Source of the DNA: Lachnospiraceae bacterium
GTDB taxonomy: Bacteria > Bacillota > Clostridia > Lachnospirales > Lachnospiraceae
DNA length: 64,000 nucleotides
Direction: 5' to 3'
Assembly (NCBI GenBank): GCA_024698145.1
Contig: JAILRO010000014.1
Location: 8,356-72,355 of the forward strand
The first letter of the stretch is position 1. Each line of letters opens with the position of its first letter. The notes beneath the pieces were generated by a model. That model was not told the DNA's origin. It saw only the letters and a list, made by a program, of their open reading frames with translations, and made no database searches. The position numbers and the translations under genes are program-made. Positions 60,472-64,000 of the stretch are shown piece after piece.

Positions 60472-61017
60472 ATGGGCATACGACAAGACAAAGAATTATT
60501 AATTGATTCATTTGAAGATTTTCGCAATGAATGCGAAAGATCACAGGATATCACGCAGGGGGTTGAGTATTCAATTAAGAATACCGTTATTTATTCCGCC
60601 GGTGATATCACAGAGTTATCAGAGGATGGCGTTTGCGTCATCAACCTTGGTAAGGATACTTCCTGGGAGGATGACGAGCGTATATATTGTGGGGACAATA
60701 TAGGAATAGTTCTTAAGTTGTCGGGGGTTTATCCCGGTGACGGAGTTGTCAGAGGTGTGGTCAGCACCGAGGCTGATCTTTGCAGATGTTCTACATTGTA
60801 TTTTTGTCTGCAGAGTGCGAATTCCTTCTATGAAGGCGATAAGGACAGTATAATTTTGGTGCCGGATGTATTTATGTTTAAGAACGGTAAGCCGGATGGT
60901 GGTAACGCTGCCAAGGTTACGGTAATAGGTTATATCGAAGATACGCCGGACATGTTGGCATATGTGAAAACAATCGCTGGAAAGAAGGGCCTTGATAAGC
61001 TGTTGGTCGTTGACTAA
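60472..61017 (+). CDS. hypothetical protein, degenerate PARG-like/macrodomain (DUF2263-like) candidate
   Basis: Start set at 'MGIRQDKE' because a TGgTATAAT extended -10 at 60427-60435 lies downstream of the ORF-track ATG (60412). 'VLKLSGVYPGDGVVRGVVSTEADLCRCSTLY' resembles the bacterial PARG core. Confidence 0.55.
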   Translation: MGIRQDKELLIDSFEDFRNECERSQDITQGVEYSIKNTVIYSAGDITELSEDGVCVINLGKDTSWEDDERIYCGDNIGIVLKLSGVYPGDGVVRGVVSTEADLCRCSTLYFCLQSANSFYEGDKDSIILVPDVFMFKNGKPDGGNAAKVTVIGYIEDTPDMLAYVKTIAGKKGLDKLLVVD

Positions 61018-61039
61018 TGATTGTTTTAAGGAGGTAATT

Positions 61040-61345
61040 ATGGAACCTATAGTTTTAACACAAGACAATTTTTCGAAGGAAGTACTTGAAAGTGATAAGC
61101 CGGTTTTGGTAGATTTCTGGGCTTCATGGTGTGGACCATGTAAGATGCTTTCACCGGTAGTTGACCAGGTGGCAAGTGAGTCCGATGCTTTCAAAGTATG
61201 TAAGCTTAATGTTGATGATGTATCTGATATTGCAGTAGAGTATAAGGTGATGTCTATACCTACACTTATTGTATTTAAGGACGGTAAGGAAGCTAAGCGC
61301 AGCGTTGGTGTTGTTAGCAAAGAAGATATTTTAGCTATGCTGTAA
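61040..61345 (+). CDS. trxA: thioredoxin
   Basis: ATG at 61040 lies 7 nt after AAGGAGG. 101 aa with the active site 'FWASWCGPCK'. Confidence 0.95.
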   Translation: MEPIVLTQDNFSKEVLESDKPVLVDFWASWCGPCKMLSPVVDQVASESDAFKVCKLNVDDVSDIAVEYKVMSIPTLIVFKDGKEAKRSVGVVSKEDILAML

Positions 61346-61371
61346 TACGGTAAGATTTTCTCGCATACACT
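61343..61371 (+). promoter_or_regulatory. sigma-E-type sporulation promoter for spoIIID
   Basis: 'TAATACG' (61343-61349), a 14-nt spacer, and 'CATACACT' (61364-61371). This fits the B. subtilis sigma-E consensus as I remember it (ZHATAXX-14-CATACAHT). It lies about 28 nt upstream of the spoIIID start. Confidence 0.45.
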
Positions 61372-61398
61372 GTAACAACAAGTGTATCGAGGATTACC

Positions 61399-61659
61399 TT
61401 GAAGGAGTATATCGAAGAACGGGCGACAGAGATTGGCCTTTATATCATAGAGGCTAATGCCACGGTAAGACAAACTGCCGGTAAGTTCGGAGTTAGCAAA
61501 AGTACGGTTCACAAGGATGTATCGGAACGTCTGACATATATCAATCCCGCGTTAGCGGCAGAGGTCAGGAAAGTTTTGGATGTTAATAAGGCCGAACGAC
61601 ATATCAGAGGCGGTCTGGCAACAAGGGAGAAGTACCTGCACCGGAACGAATCTGCATAA
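61399..61659 (+). CDS. spoIIID: stage III sporulation protein D (transcription factor)
   Basis: TTG start 6 nt after GAGG. 'KEYIEERATEIGLYII..TVRQTAGKFGVSKSTVHKDVSERL..INP.LA.EV' aligns end-to-end with SpoIIID. Confidence 0.9.
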   Translation: MKEYIEERATEIGLYIIEANATVRQTAGKFGVSKSTVHKDVSERLTYINPALAAEVRKVLDVNKAERHIRGGLATREKYLHRNESA

Positions 61660-61661
61660 CA

Positions 61662-61705
61662 AAATACCCTGCAGACTTTTTCTGGTCTGTAGGGTATTTT
61701 TTACA
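61662..61705. terminator. bidirectional terminator between convergent genes
   Basis: 15-bp stem AAATACCCTGCAGAC/GTCTGTAGGGTATTT flanked by A- and T-runs. Confidence 0.8.
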
Positions 61706-61717
61706 TGAATACTGTGA

Positions 61718-63499
61718 TTATTTTATCCTGACGCTCTTGGTCTTACTCCATTTGGAATAGATTTTTTTACCGTTTTTCTTGGTAAAGGTGCGTATTCTTA
61801 CAAAATACTTTGTTTTGGACTTGAGTTTTTTAATTGTCTTAGATGTAGTCCTTGCCTTATCAATGGTCACTGCTTTGGTTGCATCTTTCTTGAACTTCTT
61901 GTCTGTGCTGTACTGTATCTCATACCCCTTTATGCCACCTTTGGTCTGCTTCTTCCAGGTAAGGCTGAGTGACTTCTTTTTGGCTGTTACTTTTGAAAAT
62001 GATGTAGTCTTCTGCTTATTATCTATCAGCTCGGGTTGTTGTTTATCAGTTGGATTACTAACCTTATCACTGTTTTGATTATTGCTGTTTTCTCCTGAAT
62101 TATTTTTATTTGATGGCGCTGCTTCAGGATTAAGTACAGGTATAATTACAGATGCAGGATCAGTTATTTCTTTTTTTCCTTCACTATCAGAATAAAGCAT
62201 GTGACAATATGTACATCTATAATATTCTTTATTTCCGTTATCTGTATATGTACTTTCTTTTCCGGGTACATGTATCATATTGTGTGATCCCCATTTGGCA
62301 TAGATCGTTGTCGGGGCGGTTATAGGATTTATAAAATCGAATTCATTTGTTGTCGCCTCGTCCTTATACCAACCTCTGAAGCATACACCTTCGGAAGAAG
62401 GATTGCCGGGTTTTGTTATTAACTCTCCACTTGAAACATACTGATTATCCGGTACATTAGTTGCTTTTGTATAATTCATATCGAATTTCACTTCAATCAG
62501 CCATCCGGCATACAGAGTAAATGGTGCAACGATTGGTACATTGAAATTAAACTTTTCTGTACATTCATGATTCGTATACCATGCATCAAATTTATATCCT
62601 GCCGATACAGGATCAGCTGGTTTGGTTACTTTTCGTCCCGGGAATACTTTCTGTGTTGCCGGAGCAGTTCCTGTTTTTTCATTCAGATTAAATGAAATGT
62701 CGTGTCGGGGATCTATACAACAATTATTAGCAGGTATTGTCTCAGATGACTTAGACACATAACCAATTGAATCTTTATACACCCACATGTTTCCATTAAA
62801 ACTACAATCAACTAATTTAAGGACGCTATTTGAATCTCTTACTGTTGTATACATATCGCTTGCTTCTACAACAGATGTTGTATCATTTGCTGTAATAGTA
62901 TGAACAGCTCCCGTACCACCACTAATTTTAGTGCATTCAATTTGAAGGAGTGATTTATCTATAACCAGCATAGCTCTTCCAAGGAATATTCCTTCGCAAG
63001 GCTGTGATGAGTTTTGATTTTTAATTGACAATTGAATATCAGCATTAACTATGTTCACTTCACTGCGCTGAATCTCAAAGCCTGTCACAGGTCCGTAGTT
63101 GTTTTGTGAATTAACAGTAATAATTACATCTTCACCGGATTTGATATTTATTTTAGATCCATAAATAAAGAATGGACAGACGGATGATGATGTAATACTT
63201 GTTTCATTTTCAAAATAAACTGTTAATCCTGTCTGCCCTGTTATACTAATAATAGCATTATTTGATGTGTGATTAATACTGCCCCTTACAGTAAGGGTCT
63301 GGGTATCTGCATTATAGCTATAATGTCCATCACCTTTGATATCAGCATTAGAAGTAGTCAAATCCACATTGGTTCCAAGCACGTTAACATATGATGATGC
63401 TGCTTTTGCAGTCACTCCGGACCACATAAGAATACTGATTATCATTGCAAACGACAGCATAATTAGTTGCAATTTTCTAGTAACCTTTGCTCTTTCCAT
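61718..63499 (-). CDS. secreted/cell-surface protein (beta-helix-like N-region, two Listeria-Bacteroides-type repeats, C-terminal FN3-like domain)
   Basis: Signal peptide 'LIMLSFAMIISILMWSGVTAKA'. Two repeats of the form 'F.G..VTKP.DP...GY.F..WY......F.F..PI.AP..LYA.W', an Asn/Ser-rich linker, and a Lys-rich FN3-like end 'LSLTWKKQ..GIKGYEIQYS'. Confidence 0.8.
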   Translation of the reverse strand: MERAKVTRKLQLIMLSFAMIISILMWSGVTAKAASSYVNVLGTNVDLTTSNADIKGDGHYSYNADTQTLTVRGSINHTSNNAIISITGQTGLTVYFENETSITSSSVCPFFIYGSKINIKSGEDVIITVNSQNNYGPVTGFEIQRSEVNIVNADIQLSIKNQNSSQPCEGIFLGRAMLVIDKSLLQIECTKISGGTGAVHTITANDTTSVVEASDMYTTVRDSNSVLKLVDCSFNGNMWVYKDSIGYVSKSSETIPANNCCIDPRHDISFNLNEKTGTAPATQKVFPGRKVTKPADPVSAGYKFDAWYTNHECTEKFNFNVPIVAPFTLYAGWLIEVKFDMNYTKATNVPDNQYVSSGELITKPGNPSSEGVCFRGWYKDEATTNEFDFINPITAPTTIYAKWGSHNMIHVPGKESTYTDNGNKEYYRCTYCHMLYSDSEGKKEITDPASVIIPVLNPEAAPSNKNNSGENSNNQNSDKVSNPTDKQQPELIDNKQKTTSFSKVTAKKKSLSLTWKKQTKGGIKGYEIQYSTDKKFKKDATKAVTIDKARTTSKTIKKLKSKTKYFVRIRTFTKKNGKKIYSKWSKTKSVRIK

Positions 63500-63525
63500 T
63501 TATACAACCTCCATTTTATTTATTT

Positions 63526-63565
63526 TTTAAAAAACGCATCTTAAGAAGGACATTCCTAAGATGCG
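63526..63565 (-). terminator. intrinsic terminator (minus strand) after the DUF4234-like gene
   Basis: On the minus strand: stem CGCATCTTA/TAAGATGCG followed by TTTTTT. Confidence 0.7.
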
Positions 63566-63607
63566 AAATTGAACCTATAAAACACTATTGAACTAAATAT
63601 TATTGCT

Positions 63608-64000
63608 TTAAATTACTTTTGTATTCTTTTTGAAATGTTTGTTGTACTGTCTTGCAATTATGTTCATGTTTCTTATTGTTACATAGTTAGCAACAAAAGG
63701 ACCTATGAGTATGAAAGAACCAAAGAGCTTCCATATAAGCGTAACACTTGGTCCGGGATTAATCTTGACTCCCAATTCTTCACCGGTAACCTGAACTCGG
63801 TCAACTACATAGAAGAACCATACCCAACGGTAGATGCCTAAAGTTATTATCGATAAGAAGAGTACAAGTATGTAGTTCTTAAGCTTCTTCTCTTCTCTGT
63901 TCATCTCGTTAAGATCCTGTGTGAAACGGAACCAGAAGTATATACTGTATATTCCCAAAGTCGGTATTGTGAATAGTAAAAGTTTCCAAAACTTTCTATC
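63608..64000 (-). CDS. DUF4234-like small membrane protein (5' end outside window)
   Basis: The frame stays open to the window edge ('DRKFWKLLLFTIPTLGIYSIYFWF...'). Two 'GIY..(Y/R)W' motifs sit within TM helices, as in DUF4234. The ORF-track TTG start is probably internal. Confidence 0.6.
   Translation of the reverse strand, partial: DRKFWKLLLFTIPTLGIYSIYFWFRFTQDLNEMNREEKKLKNYILVLFLSIITLGIYRWVWFFYVVDRVQVTGEELGVKINPGPSVTLIWKLFGSFILIGPFVANYVTIRNMNIIARQYNKHFKKNTKVI

Noticed and set aside
60619-61512. 297-aa ORF on the minus strand
   Set aside because: It runs antisense across three + strand genes, including unambiguous trxA (WCGPC) and spoIIID. The translation is low-complexity Ser/Leu/Thr-rich.

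Overview
This window looks like a chromosomal segment from a Firmicutes/Clostridia genome. My guess is a spore-forming, plant-fibre-degrading, Lachnospiraceae-like organism with roughly 40-45% GC (estimated by eye). About 90% of the coding is on the + strand.

Recognisable content, in order:
- patatin-like lipase, RNase H1-type protein, deoC
- a GH9 lipoprotein cellulase
- a three-gene signalling cluster: degenerate-GGDEF/REC/HD-GYP regulator, a hybrid HK with HPt, and a hybrid HK fused to a DegV domain
- a decayed secreted-protein gene, then nfo
- a MacAB-like ABC efflux system
- the str operon (rpsL-rpsG-fusA-tuf)
- an MCP, a double zinc-ribbon membrane protein, a GH5 cellulase and a PaaK-like ligase
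- an arabinose cluster: araA, an FGGY kinase, araD, YesN/YesM-type two-component system, a sensor-type binding protein and a YtfQRT/YjfF-type ABC importer
- an acyl-CoA carboxyltransferase, ispE, a GntR regulator and a GGDEF protein
- a GerA-type germinant receptor with a fused B-C subunit, spoIIR, metY
- an APC-permease/hybrid-HK fusion coupled to an ABC-2 exporter
- a degenerate PARG-like protein, trxA, spoIIID, a large repeat-containing surface protein and a partial DUF4234 gene

I saw no rRNA, tRNA, CRISPR, transposase, prophage or recognisable defence-system genes.

The most unusual signal is not a protein. It is a family of five ~145-nt intergenic elements at 2051, 14745, 33857, 45666 (inverted) and 45947. 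They share conserved core blocks, their stems differ in sequence but stay complementary, and the non-canonical pairs are G.U on one strand. That pattern suggests a multi-copy cis-acting RNA.

Secondary points of interest are three unusual sensor-kinase architectures (HK-REC-DegV, APC permease-HK, and degenerate GGDEF-REC-HD-GYP with an HPt kinase) and a GerB-GerC fusion.

All coordinates for hairpins, promoters and repeats were indexed by hand and may be off by 1-3 nt. No database search or folding computation was possible.
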